From NCBI GenBank assembly GCA_001189075.1, contig LFCN01000006.1, positions 17,605-81,604 of the forward strand: a stretch of 64,000 nt of DNA, in the 5' to 3' direction. Below, one piece after another: positions 27,998-36,889 of the stretch (its first letter is position 1; each line of letters opens with the position of its first letter). The translations under genes and the position numbers were made by a program. The DNA comes from Parcubacteria bacterium C7867-004. GTDB lineage: Bacteria; Patescibacteriota; Minisyncoccia; Phycocordibacterales; Phycocordibacteraceae. Under the pieces are notes generated by a model, which worked only from the letters and a program-made list of their open reading frames with translations, made no database searches and had not been told where the DNA came from.

Positions 27998-28069
27998 GCT
28001 CTTGTCGTTCAATGGATAGGACATAACTTTGCGGAAGTTAAAATGATGGTTCGATTCCATCCAAGAGCA
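27998..28069 (+). tRNA. tRNA-Arg with GCG anticodon (unusual)
   Basis: GCTCTTGTCGTTCAATGGATAGGACATAACTTTGCGGAAGTTAAAATGATGGTTCGATTCCATCCAAGAGCA. Anticodon stem TAACT/AGTTA, loop TTGCGGA, so positions 34-36 read GCG. Confidence 0.7.
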
Positions 28070-28093
28070 CCGAAAATGATATAAGGGAGACAT

Positions 28094-28165
28094 GCTCCTG
28101 TCTTTCAATGGATAGGATAGCTCCCTCCGAAGGAGCCGATGCAGGTTCGATTCCTGCCAGGAGCA
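28094..28165 (+). tRNA. tRNA-Arg(CCG)
   Basis: GCTCCTGTCTTTCAATGGATAGGATAGCTCCCTCCGAAGGAGCCGATGCAGGTTCGATTCCTGCCAGGAGCA. Anticodon stem GCTCC/GGAGC, loop CTCCGAA. Confidence 0.8.
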
Positions 28166-28173
28166 CAGAAAGT

Positions 28174-28205
28174 AAAAACCCGGAACGAGCGTTCCGGGTT
28201 TTTAC
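28174..28205. terminator. bidirectional terminator (tRNA cluster / rpsT)
   Basis: aaaaacccggaacg-agc-gttccgggttttt, flanked by A and T tracts. Confidence 0.85.
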
Positions 28206-28216
28206 TTTCTGTGCCC

Positions 28217-28480
28217 TTATGCTGAAGCGCGCTTGATCGCCTTCGCGAGGCGGGACTTCTTGCGGCTCGCCGCGTTCTTCTTGATGATGCCGCCCTTCGC
28301 TGCCTTATCGATAGCCTTGTATGCCGCCGAAAGAGACTTCTCCGCCTCCTTAACGTCGGTTCCGATAGCCTTTTTCACTACCTTAGTAGTCTCCGTAAGG
28401 GCGCGCTTGCGGCGCACATTGAAAACGTGCTTCTTGAGAGATGCGCGGTGCGCCTTCTTTGCTGATTTCGTGATTGCCAT
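28217..28480 (-). CDS. rpsT: 30S ribosomal protein S20
   Basis: MAITKSAKKAHRASLKKHVFNVRRKRALTETTKV is canonical S20; 87 aa. Confidence 0.92.
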   Translation of the reverse strand: MAITKSAKKAHRASLKKHVFNVRRKRALTETTKVVKKAIGTDVKEAEKSLSAAYKAIDKAAKGGIIKKNAASRKKSRLAKAIKRASA

Positions 28481-28548
28481 GTGTGCCGAATAGTACTACC
28501 CAAACCGGCTAATCGCAAGCTTGCTGCTTGAAATGGTACGATGAGCAC

Positions 28549-29100
28549 ATGATACGGCAGCTGCGGGGTACGGTACTCAGTCACGAGCCTACCGGGATAA
28601 TCGTCGAGGTCGCCGGATGGGGCGTACTAGTGAACATGGCGTCACCCGAGACCGTCCTCCCCGGATCCGAGGTAACCTTGATGACCTATCTCTCCGTAAA
28701 GCAGGACGGTATGGACCTCTACGGTTTCCCCGACGAAGCGGAGCGGCGTTTCTTCGAGCTTCTCCTTCAGGTCTCGGGCGTCGGACCGAAGACCGCCCTT
28801 TCCATACTCAAACGCGCTCCTCGCGAAGCGCTGGAAGGCGCGATCGCTGCGCGCGATCTCGATTACCTCACCCGTGTCATAGGCCTCGGGAAGAAGGCTG
28901 CCGAGAAACTGATCGTCGAACTCTCGGAAAAGGTGGGTGGCTCAACTAAAGTGCATGACGATGCCGACGGCGAGGTGTTCGATACGCTCGTCGCGCTCGG
29001 GTACACGGATCGGGAGGCGAGGAAAGCGGTTGCCGCAGTTCCCAAAGCCATCACCGGAACTGACGCCCGGCTTAAGGCAGCGCTCTCCTCCTCTCGTTAG
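28549..29100 (+). CDS. ruvA: Holliday junction branch-migration complex subunit RuvA
   Basis: MIRQLRGTVLSHEPTGIIVEVAGWGVLVNM (OB domain) and LLLQVSGVGPKTALSIL (HhH). Confidence 0.85.
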   Translation: MIRQLRGTVLSHEPTGIIVEVAGWGVLVNMASPETVLPGSEVTLMTYLSVKQDGMDLYGFPDEAERRFFELLLQVSGVGPKTALSILKRAPREALEGAIAARDLDYLTRVIGLGKKAAEKLIVELSEKVGGSTKVHDDADGEVFDTLVALGYTDREARKAVAAVPKAITGTDARLKAALSSSR

Positions 29101-29102
29101 GT

Positions 29103-30365
29103 ATGGGTACGCTTAAGCGATTGATCGAGTCTCTCCTTCCCCGTCGCGTGTATCGGGCATTGCTGGCTCCGTACCATCTTGCGTGGACCGCACTCATCGC
29201 GCTCAAGTATGGCTTCCCAGCAAATAAGCTCACCGTTATCGGCGTAACCGGGACCAAAGGCAAATCGTCGGTCTCCGAGATGCTGGTAGCAATCCTCGAG
29301 GAAGCGGGACATTCCGTAGCCCTTTCAAGCACGATTCATTTCAAGGTTGGAGATGAGACCCGTCCGAATCTCTATAAGATGACTCTCCCTGGTCGCGGCT
29401 TTATCCAGAAGCTACTCGGCGAAGCCGTCGAGAAAGGCTGCACGCATGCCGTTATCGAGATAACAAGCGAAGCCGCGCTCCAGTACCGACATCTCCTCCT
29501 TTCAATGGATGCGCTGGTGTTCACGAATCTCGAACGCGAGCACATCGAATCCCATGGCGGCATGGAGCAGTACGTTGCCGCAAAGCTCCGTATCGGCAAA
29601 GCGATGGAGCGATCACCGAAGCGGCCGCGCGCCATAATCGCGAACACCGACAATCGGTACGCGGATCGCTTTCTCGCGCTTTCGGTTGAAGAGAAGATCT
29701 CGTTCTCGCTTGCGGATGCGCAGGATATAGAGCGTGCATACGATCACGTCGCGTTTACGTACGACGATGTCCGGTTCTCCCTCCCTCACCCGGGCGACTT
29801 CAGCATCCGGAACGCGCTGGCTTCCGTTAAAGCTAGTCGCTTCCTCGGCGTACCTATCGAGAAAGCGAGCGCGGCGCTTGCGAAGCTAGCGGTTATTCCC
29901 GGCCGCGCGGAGCGTATCGAGGCGGGACAGGACTTCGTGGCCGTTGTTGATTATGCGCACACCCCTGACTCCCTCAAGGCGCTGTATGAGGCATATCAGA
30001 ATAAGAGAAAGATCTGTGTGCTCGGGAACACCGGCGGCGGGCGCGATACTTGGAAGCGACCGGAAATGGGCCGTATTGCCGAAGAGTATTGCGACGAGGT
30101 TATCCTCACGAACGAAGATCCGTATGACGAAGATCCCGATGCTATCGTCCGCATGATGGCCAAGGGTATGAAGCAAAAAACACCGACCATCATCATGGAT
30201 CGGCGAGAAGCGATCGCGCACGCACTTTCGAGCGCGCGTACTGGAGACGTCGTGCTCGTAACCGGAAAAGGAACGGACCCCTACCTTATGGAAGCGAACG
30301 GCGTGAAAACACCATGGAGCGATGCGGGGGTCGTACGTGAAGAGCTCGAAAAGATAGTTCGCTAA
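29103..30365 (+). CDS. murE: Mur ligase family protein, MurE-like
   Basis: VIGVTGTKGKSS (Mur ligase P-loop) and VDYAHTPDSLKAL (MurE-type C-terminal motif). The N-terminal domain appears short. Confidence 0.65.
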   Translation: MGTLKRLIESLLPRRVYRALLAPYHLAWTALIALKYGFPANKLTVIGVTGTKGKSSVSEMLVAILEEAGHSVALSSTIHFKVGDETRPNLYKMTLPGRGFIQKLLGEAVEKGCTHAVIEITSEAALQYRHLLLSMDALVFTNLEREHIESHGGMEQYVAAKLRIGKAMERSPKRPRAIIANTDNRYADRFLALSVEEKISFSLADAQDIERAYDHVAFTYDDVRFSLPHPGDFSIRNALASVKASRFLGVPIEKASAALAKLAVIPGRAERIEAGQDFVAVVDYAHTPDSLKALYEAYQNKRKICVLGNTGGGRDTWKRPEMGRIAEEYCDEVILTNEDPYDEDPDAIVRMMAKGMKQKTPTIIMDRREAIAHALSSARTGDVVLVTGKGTDPYLMEANGVKTPWSDAGVVREELEKIVR

Positions 30366-30381
30366 CTGCTACTATTACCTC

Positions 30382-31323
30382 ATGAAAGGAGATGCATTCT
30401 TTTTCCTCGGCATCATCGCCTTCTTCTTTATCCTTTGGTACGCGAGCGGCGGACCGACGAAGCCGATATCCTTTGCCGGCCCGTACATTACGCCGATAAC
30501 AAACGTCGATACCGTTCAGCAGGGATATGGTGATGCTCCAGACAACAACAGCATCTGGGCGAATATCACCGGTCTCTCGGCAATCGAGAACAGCCTCGCG
30601 GGACTCCAGCGTTCCTCATCAGAGATCCGCGCGTTCGGGAATCCGTCTCCGTATAAGGGACAGGTAACGGTGAGCAGCGCGTCCGGTGCGGGAGCGACGC
30701 GCGCTGACGAGGAATATGTGACGATCCGAAACTCCGGGTCGGCTCCCGTGACGATTTCCGGATGGCGCTTGGTCTCGGGAGCGTCCGGTCGCGGCGAAGA
30801 CATTCCCTGGGGGGCGGTCCTTCCAAAGAAAAGCGGCGTGAACGATCTTGCGCCGATAGTCCTTGCTCCCGGCGAGGAAGCAGCGATCGTAACAGGTGAG
30901 TCCCCTATCGGCGACTCGTTCAAGGAGAACAAGTGCGCGGGCTACCTCGCCAAGAGCCAGAAGTTCGTACCGTCGATACAGACCTCGTGTCCGTCCGCGG
31001 TTGATGAGTTCGATCGCTACTTCACCGGGAACGAGCTGAAGGACGACAAGTGCTATCAGCTCGTACAGAGCACACCGTCCTGCACCACTCCACGAGAAAG
31101 CTCCGGCCTGTCTTCCTCGTGCAGACGGTTGGTTGATGATCAGCTCTCGTATGCCGGATGCGTTGACACGCACCGCTACGAGAGCGATTTCTATGGCACG
31201 ACCTGGCACATATATCTCGAGCACGAGAAGGACCGGAAACAGGTTGAGCTCTGGAAATCGAGTAGGGATGCGGTGAAGCTGCTCGATGAGAATGGCCTTA
31301 CCGTAGACCTCTATACCTATTAG
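30382..31323 (+). CDS. secreted/membrane-anchored lamin-tail-domain (LTD)-like protein
   Basis: N-terminal TM. EEYVTIRNSGSAPVTISGWRLVS is characteristic of LTD/intermediate-filament-tail domains. Cys-rich C-terminal half. Confidence 0.45.
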   Translation: MKGDAFFFLGIIAFFFILWYASGGPTKPISFAGPYITPITNVDTVQQGYGDAPDNNSIWANITGLSAIENSLAGLQRSSSEIRAFGNPSPYKGQVTVSSASGAGATRADEEYVTIRNSGSAPVTISGWRLVSGASGRGEDIPWGAVLPKKSGVNDLAPIVLAPGEEAAIVTGESPIGDSFKENKCAGYLAKSQKFVPSIQTSCPSAVDEFDRYFTGNELKDDKCYQLVQSTPSCTTPRESSGLSSSCRRLVDDQLSYAGCVDTHRYESDFYGTTWHIYLEHEKDRKQVELWKSSRDAVKLLDENGLTVDLYTY

Positions 31324-31352
31324 AGGTATAAATACCGCGCAGCAAAAGAAAT

Positions 31353-31425
31353 GCGCCCATAGCTCAGTTGGTAGAGCAACTCCCTTTTAAGGAGATGGTC
31401 CTTGGTTCAAATCCAAGTGGGCGCA
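31353..31425 (+). tRNA. tRNA-Lys(TTT)
   Basis: GCGCCCATAGCTCAGTTGGTAGAGCAACTCCCTTTTAAGGAGATGGTCCTTGGTTCAAATCCAAGTGGGCGCA. Anticodon loop CTTTTAA. Confidence 0.85.
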
Positions 31426-32073
31426 CTACAACGATAGTGCGAAGCGCTCCAGCGCAGGGCCGAGCGGTAAATCGCCGCTACGTGAGTCGGAAAGGAGCTC
31501 GATGAGAGATACTGAAAGAGCGCGAGCACCATCCTTGCCCCATTTCGTACTCCCCTTCTGCATTAGGTCGCGTGCTTTCCAATGCAGAAGGCCGTGAAGC
31601 GCTTCGGGCGCGTCACCCTGCCGCTCTGCTTTCACGATTTCTTTCCAAAGCGCCTGACCGTCTTTAGCGGCGAGCGCGTTAACGAGTCCCGAATTGAATC
31701 CGCGCTCGCGCTTGGGTAGAGCATCTTCTTTGAATACTTTCGTAGCGATCGCTTCGAGCTTCTTCGCGCGAGCAGCCAGTAGCTTCGGAGCAACGATAGC
31801 GATGGGATTCTCGCTTGCTGCAAGCTCATCAAGTAGTGAGAGCACGATCTCTCCCGTCTCTGCGTCCGCGAACGGATCATCGATGAGCACGAGTGATTTG
31901 GTATGAAACAATCCCTGCGCGCTTATGGCATTCCGAATAGAAGTTTCAGAAAGGCTGTCGCCTTCAAGCCTGAGGTACGCAGCGTCCGGCGCCTTCGTGC
32001 GCGCGGCAGCTACCCACAAGAACGCTTTGGCACGCGCTCTTCCTGCATCGGTTCCGTGGAAGAGGTAGATCAT
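31426..32073 (-). CDS. holA: DNA polymerase III delta subunit (HolA)-like
   Basis: N-terminus MIYLFHGTDAGRARAKAF is the typical HolA start; 215 aa. Confidence 0.5.
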   Translation of the reverse strand: MIYLFHGTDAGRARAKAFLWVAAARTKAPDAAYLRLEGDSLSETSIRNAISAQGLFHTKSLVLIDDPFADAETGEIVLSLLDELAASENPIAIVAPKLLAARAKKLEAIATKVFKEDALPKRERGFNSGLVNALAAKDGQALWKEIVKAERQGDAPEALHGLLHWKARDLMQKGSTKWGKDGARALSVSLIELLSDSRSGDLPLGPALERFALSL

Positions 32074-34463
32074 AACGGTTCGAGATCGCCCCAGCTCGGC
32101 CCCACCTTCGCTTCCGCGAGAAGCGGAATACCGTTCGTTTCTTCGGGCGTAAGTACCGACTCCATAATCTCCTCGATCTTGAGCGCGAGCTCTTTCGCTT
32201 TCTCCTTCCGGATCTCGAACACGAGCTCGTCATGCACCTGGAGCATGAGATGCGCGTCGTCGAGGGCTTTAGCTTCCCGAAGCATTGCATCGATTCGCAC
32301 CATGGCGAGTTTGATGATATCGGCTTGCGTGCCCTGTATCGGCGCGTTGATAGCCATGCGCTCCGCTTGTGCGCGCACATACGGCAACGTCGACTTCATT
32401 TCCGGAAACTGTCGTCGCCGACCGAACATGGTTTCCGTAAAGCCGTTCTTGCGCGCGAAGCCGCGCGTCGACTCGAGATACTTGGCCAGCGTGTCGAAGG
32501 TCACGAAATAATCGTCATAAAACTGATGCGCCTCGGCAGCGCTCGTTCCAAGCTGTGCCTTGAGCGCGTTCACGCCCATACCGTAGAGGATACCGAAGTT
32601 GATGATCTTCGCGCGGCGGCGCATCTCATGATCGACGGCGGACGGCTCCACACCAAAGACAGCGGCGGCCACTTCCCGGTGTACGTCGCGGCCGGAACGG
32701 AAGATGTCCGACAGCTTCTCGTCCTTCGAGAGGATGGCGGCGATCCGGAGCTCGATCTGCGAGTAGTCGAGTCCGACGAGCGTAAAGCCGTCCGCTGGAA
32801 TAAACGCGTGTCGAATCGCGCGCCCCTGCTCGGTGCGTATCGGAATGTTCTGAAGACCTGGGTTCTGGGTCGCCATGCGCCCAGTAACTGCTCCGGTCTG
32901 GAGGAACTCTGTATGGAGGCGATCCTGCTCATCAAGGAGCGGCGGGATGGCTTCTATGTAGGTACCGAGCAGTTTCTGAAGTCCGCGATACTTGAGCACC
33001 TCGCTGATTATCGGGTGCGCCTCGCGCAGCTTCTCGAGCTCCGACTCCTTCGTCGAGCGCTGGCCGGTAGCGGTCTTCTTCTGTCCTTTCGCGGCAAGAC
33101 CGAGCTCATCGAACAGAACGTCGCCGAGCTGCTTCGGCGAGCTTACATTGAACTCTCGCCCCGCCATCTTGTAGATACCCTTCTCGATCTTCTCGAGCTC
33201 CGCGCGATACTCCTTCCGGAGCTTCTCGAGCATCGCGCGGTCGATGCGGACGCCGCATTTCTCCATGGCGCGGAGTACGGGAATGAGCGGCTTCTCCATG
33301 GTCTCGTACAGCTCTTTAAGCCTGCCGGTTGAAGCGAGGCCTTTCTCAAGTGTCGCGTACGCCTCATCAAAGCTCTTTGCTTTCGTATACGCGAGCACAT
33401 CATCGAGCGTCGGGTTCGTGAACTCGGAACACAAGAGCCAGAGCATTACACATGCCTCCTGCAGCCGGGTCGGCTCAACGTCTTCCATCACTTCCTCCAC
33501 AGTGTCTTCGTCCTCGCTTTCGTCACTGTCCTCTCCTCCAAGTAGCGTGCGGACACGCGGTTTCAATGACCGGAACCCGAGCTCGTCGAAGAGTGTCGAG
33601 AGCTTCTCCAGCATTACGGTCTCACGCCATAGTTTCGCCGGAAGATTGAACGCAATGGGAGCGTCGTCGCGGATGGTAGCGAGTGACTTCGAGAAACGTG
33701 CATCCTCTTCGTGCTCCTTGAGGAGCCCGAGAATGCGGGGCTTAACGCCCGCATCGAGCAGCTTCTGCTCATCCTTTTTAATAACCTTGTATAGATTCTC
33801 CATCGTGCCGAACTTCTGCACGAGCTCGGTGCCCGTCTTCTCGCCGATGCCGGGGACGCCCTTGATGTTGTCGGACGGGTCTCCGCGCAGACCCTTCCAA
33901 TCCGGGATCAGTTCCGGCGGAAAGCCGTATCGGTCGATGACTGCCTGCTCGTCATAGAGAATGACGTCGTTAAGCCCTTTCTTGAGCGTATACACCTGGA
34001 CCTTTTTCTCATCAATGAGTTGCATGGTATCCATGTCCCCTGACGCGATGATGATCTCGGTGTCTTTGTCCTTCTTGAGCATTTTTACTATGGTTCCCAG
34101 AATGTCGTCGGCCTCGAATCCTTCGCGTTCATAAATAGGTATCGAGAACGCTTTGAACACATCACGGGATGTTCCGAGCTGGGTGATGAGCGCATCATCT
34201 ATCTTCGATCGGGATCCTTTGTACTCGGCATAGGCTTCGTGTCGGATGGTCGGCTTCGGCAGGTCGTAGCAAGCCACGATGTAATCCGGCGCAAGATCAG
34301 TCGCTATCCGCACGAGCATCGTCGAGAGTCCGTAGAGGGCTCCGGTCGGCGCGCCATCAGGTCCGGTGAATTCCGGAAGGGCATGGTACGCGCGGTGAAT
34401 GATCGCGTGCGCATCAAGCAGCACGAGACGTGTCTTTCCGGTAGAAACTTTTTTAGTGGGCAT
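32070..34463 (-). CDS. polA: DNA polymerase I
   Basis: ~800 aa with a 5'-3' exonuclease N-terminus (LVLLDAHAIIHRAYHAL), a Klenow-like polymerase (RRRAKIINFGILYGMG) and the terminal HDELVFE motif. Start set at MPTKK to limit overlap with tsaE. Confidence 0.92.
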   Translation of the reverse strand: MPTKKVSTGKTRLVLLDAHAIIHRAYHALPEFTGPDGAPTGALYGLSTMLVRIATDLAPDYIVACYDLPKPTIRHEAYAEYKGSRSKIDDALITQLGTSRDVFKAFSIPIYEREGFEADDILGTIVKMLKKDKDTEIIIASGDMDTMQLIDEKKVQVYTLKKGLNDVILYDEQAVIDRYGFPPELIPDWKGLRGDPSDNIKGVPGIGEKTGTELVQKFGTMENLYKVIKKDEQKLLDAGVKPRILGLLKEHEEDARFSKSLATIRDDAPIAFNLPAKLWRETVMLEKLSTLFDELGFRSLKPRVRTLLGGEDSDESEDEDTVEEVMEDVEPTRLQEACVMLWLLCSEFTNPTLDDVLAYTKAKSFDEAYATLEKGLASTGRLKELYETMEKPLIPVLRAMEKCGVRIDRAMLEKLRKEYRAELEKIEKGIYKMAGREFNVSSPKQLGDVLFDELGLAAKGQKKTATGQRSTKESELEKLREAHPIISEVLKYRGLQKLLGTYIEAIPPLLDEQDRLHTEFLQTGAVTGRMATQNPGLQNIPIRTEQGRAIRHAFIPADGFTLVGLDYSQIELRIAAILSKDEKLSDIFRSGRDVHREVAAAVFGVEPSAVDHEMRRRAKIINFGILYGMGVNALKAQLGTSAAEAHQFYDDYFVTFDTLAKYLESTRGFARKNGFTETMFGRRRQFPEMKSTLPYVRAQAERMAINAPIQGTQADIIKLAMVRIDAMLREAKALDDAHLMLQVHDELVFEIRKEKAKELALKIEEIMESVLTPEETNGIPLLAEAKVGPSWGDLEPL

Positions 34464-34911
34464 AGGAAATGTGGCGGGTGCCGTCCGTACGGACCTCAAG
34501 CGAGATGGCGACATCGGCCTGCGGCAGTTCGTCTTTCACCATCTCCGGCCATTCGAGGAGAATGAGGTTCGATGGGTCCGTGATGAGATCCTGAAATCCA
34601 GTGGTGGCGAGGCCGTTCTCCTCCGTAAGCCGGTAGGCATCGAGGTGCACGAGGCGCTCGAAGGAGTTCCCTTCGGGAAGCAGGTACGTCTTTGCGAGTA
34701 CGAACGTCGGACTCGTGACAGGGTCGAGAACGCCAAGGAATCGCGCTATCGCCTGTACGAACGTCGTCTTCCCTGCGCCGAGCTCGCCTGAAAAGGTTAC
34801 GAGTGTCGCCGCGTCCGCTTTCGGCAAGAGCGTGCGAGTAAATCGCTCCGCCTCCTGCTCGAGTTCATCCAGATTTATGAGCGCTCGGCCGGAGGGTTCC
34901 ATGCCATTCAT
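34453..34911 (-). CDS. tsaE: tRNA threonylcarbamoyladenosine biosynthesis protein TsaE
   Basis: TLVTFSGELGAGKTTFVQAIARFLG P-loop typical of YjeE/TsaE. Start at the internal Met (MNGMEPSG). Confidence 0.75.
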   Translation of the reverse strand: MNGMEPSGRALINLDELEQEAERFTRTLLPKADAATLVTFSGELGAGKTTFVQAIARFLGVLDPVTSPTFVLAKTYLLPEGNSFERLVHLDAYRLTEENGLATTGFQDLITDPSNLILLEWPEMVKDELPQADVAISLEVRTDGTRHISYAH

Positions 34912-34941
34912 TGTACCAAGCAGTGCGCTCTGTCGCCCACG

Positions 34942-36630
34942 GTGCGGTATTATGGCTTCATGCAGCAGTTTGATACCGAAGCAGAAGACGCGAAGCTCGC
35001 TTCGCTGCGCGCAAGCGAGGAAGAGGATCTCGTTCGCGTACTTTCCGAGAAGTACGGCATCGCGTACACCGATCTGGGAATCATCCCCGTGAACGTGGAC
35101 GCGCTTCGGCTTATCCCTGAGAAAGAAGCCCGGGAGGCGGAGGTTATCGCCTTCGATAAGAGCGGGAAGCATCTCTCACTAGCGATGCGCAGTCCGGGTA
35201 ATGTCCTGCTCGAACAGGTTGAGCATGCACTTGAGGCCCAGGGCTTCATCCTTTCGCGATTCCTCGCTTCAAGGCATAGCCTCGAGCGCGGCTATGAGCG
35301 CTATAAGGAACTTTCGTTCGCGACCGAGAGCCACGCAGGCGTGTTCGATATCGCCGGTGGCGAGCTCGAGACACTGCGCGCGGAACTCATCAACCTTCCC
35401 GCGCTCCGCGCCCGCATCGACAGCGCACTCGTCGCGAAGCAGCGCGCACAAGTCTCAAAGGTACTCGAGTTCGTGCTCGCAGCGGCGTTCGCCATGCGCG
35501 CATCTGATATCCATCTCGAACCGGAAGAACATGACGTTCGGCTTCGTCTGCGCCTGGACGGTCAGCTCACCGACGCATACTCGTTCGACCCGCACACGTA
35601 CCAGCTCATGTCGTCCCGCATCAAGCTCCTGTCGGGACTCAAGCTGAATGTGCATAATCGCGCACAAGATGGACGCTTTACCGTCCCGGTCTCGGGCGCC
35701 GAAGTCGAGATACGTACCTCGCTCATCCCGGGCGCCTATGGCGAATCATTCGTTATGCGTATCCTCGACCCGAGCATGCTTGGCGTTACGTTCGAGTCGC
35801 TCGGCATACAGCCGAAGCTGCTTGCCCGCCTCGAGACGGAAATAACACGCCCGACCGGCATGCTGCTCACAACCGGACCGACCGGCTCCGGAAAGACGAC
35901 ATCGCTCTACGCATTCCTCAAGCGTATTCATACGCCGGAAGTTAAGATCGTCACCATCGAAGATCCGGTCGAGTACCACCTTCCCGGCATCGTGCAGACA
36001 CAGGCTGACGGAGAGCACTACACCTTCGCGTCAGGACTTCGTTCAGTCCTTCGTCAGGACCCGGACGTGATCATGGTTGGCGAGATCCGCGACAGTGAGG
36101 TGGCAGACACGGCCGTACAGGCAGCACTTACCGGACACTTCGTGTTCTCGACGCTTCATACCAATAACGCGGCAGGAACCTTCCCGCGCCTGGTTGATCT
36201 CGGCGTCGACCCTAAAACGTTCGCCTCTGCGGTGTCGGTAGCCATGGCGCAGCGCCTCGTTCGAAAGCTTGATCCTGAGGCGAGGAAACAGGTGCCCGCT
36301 ACCGACGAGCAGAAGAAGACGATGGAGAAGATACTCTCAACTGTCGAAGATAAGAGCCTGCTCCCCGCTTCCCTCGACACGGTCTGGGTACCAGACCCTA
36401 AGGACGAGGTTACAACCGGATATCGGGGCCGCGTTGGTCTCTACGAAGCGATATTCATGGACGAAGAACTCGGTACCTTCCTGCGGGACAACCCGAGCGA
36501 GGGCGAGATAGCGAAGTCGGTTCGTCGCCAGGGATTCCTCACCATGGCGCAGGACGGCGTGCTTAAAGCGATTGATGGCACCACGTCGCTCGACGAGGTT
36601 CTGAAGGTGGTTGATATTCCCCGCGACTAG
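34942..36630 (+). CDS. pilB: type IV pilus assembly / type II secretion ATPase PilB/GspE family
   Basis: GMLLTTGPTGSGKTTSLYA (Walker A), DPDVIMVGEIRD (Asp box), FVFSTLHTN (His box); 562 aa. Confidence 0.88.
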   Translation: MRYYGFMQQFDTEAEDAKLASLRASEEEDLVRVLSEKYGIAYTDLGIIPVNVDALRLIPEKEAREAEVIAFDKSGKHLSLAMRSPGNVLLEQVEHALEAQGFILSRFLASRHSLERGYERYKELSFATESHAGVFDIAGGELETLRAELINLPALRARIDSALVAKQRAQVSKVLEFVLAAAFAMRASDIHLEPEEHDVRLRLRLDGQLTDAYSFDPHTYQLMSSRIKLLSGLKLNVHNRAQDGRFTVPVSGAEVEIRTSLIPGAYGESFVMRILDPSMLGVTFESLGIQPKLLARLETEITRPTGMLLTTGPTGSGKTTSLYAFLKRIHTPEVKIVTIEDPVEYHLPGIVQTQADGEHYTFASGLRSVLRQDPDVIMVGEIRDSEVADTAVQAALTGHFVFSTLHTNNAAGTFPRLVDLGVDPKTFASAVSVAMAQRLVRKLDPEARKQVPATDEQKKTMEKILSTVEDKSLLPASLDTVWVPDPKDEVTTGYRGRVGLYEAIFMDEELGTFLRDNPSEGEIAKSVRRQGFLTMAQDGVLKAIDGTTSLDEVLKVVDIPRD

Positions 36631-36647
36631 CAAGGTCGCGGGGAATA

Positions 36648-36690
36648 TGAAAACCGCACGCTTTCGCGTGCGGTTTTCATATCTTTATCT
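36648..36690 (+). terminator. rho-independent terminator after pilB
   Basis: gaaaaccgcacgc-tttc-gcgtgcggttttc followed by a T-rich run, preceded by a second hairpin ccccgcgac...gtcgcgggg that overlaps the stop codon. Confidence 0.8.
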
Positions 36691-36889
36691 CCCGCGCATA
36701 ACCCTCCAGGCACTCCTTCCGCAAGCGGAAGGTGAACGAGTAGCCTGAGGATGATTCCAGCGCTCCGCGAACAAGCGCGGTACCAGAAAGTCCTTGGGTA
36801 AACGCCCTGAAGCCGTCAAGCCTTGCCTAGAGGGTCATGCGCACGATGTAAAGAGAATTCGGCCCGTATGAAGGAGCCGATATGATAGA

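Noticed and set aside
32232-33332. 366-aa plus-strand ORF inside polA
   Set aside because: It is antisense to DNA polymerase I.
36640-36889. SRP (4.5S) RNA in the pilB-ruvB spacer
   Set aside because: GGAAGG-containing hairpins are present, but the conserved domain-IV sequence and structure (…CAGGUCCGGAAGGAAGCAGCC…) could not be aligned. Kept only as a generic structured-spacer finding.
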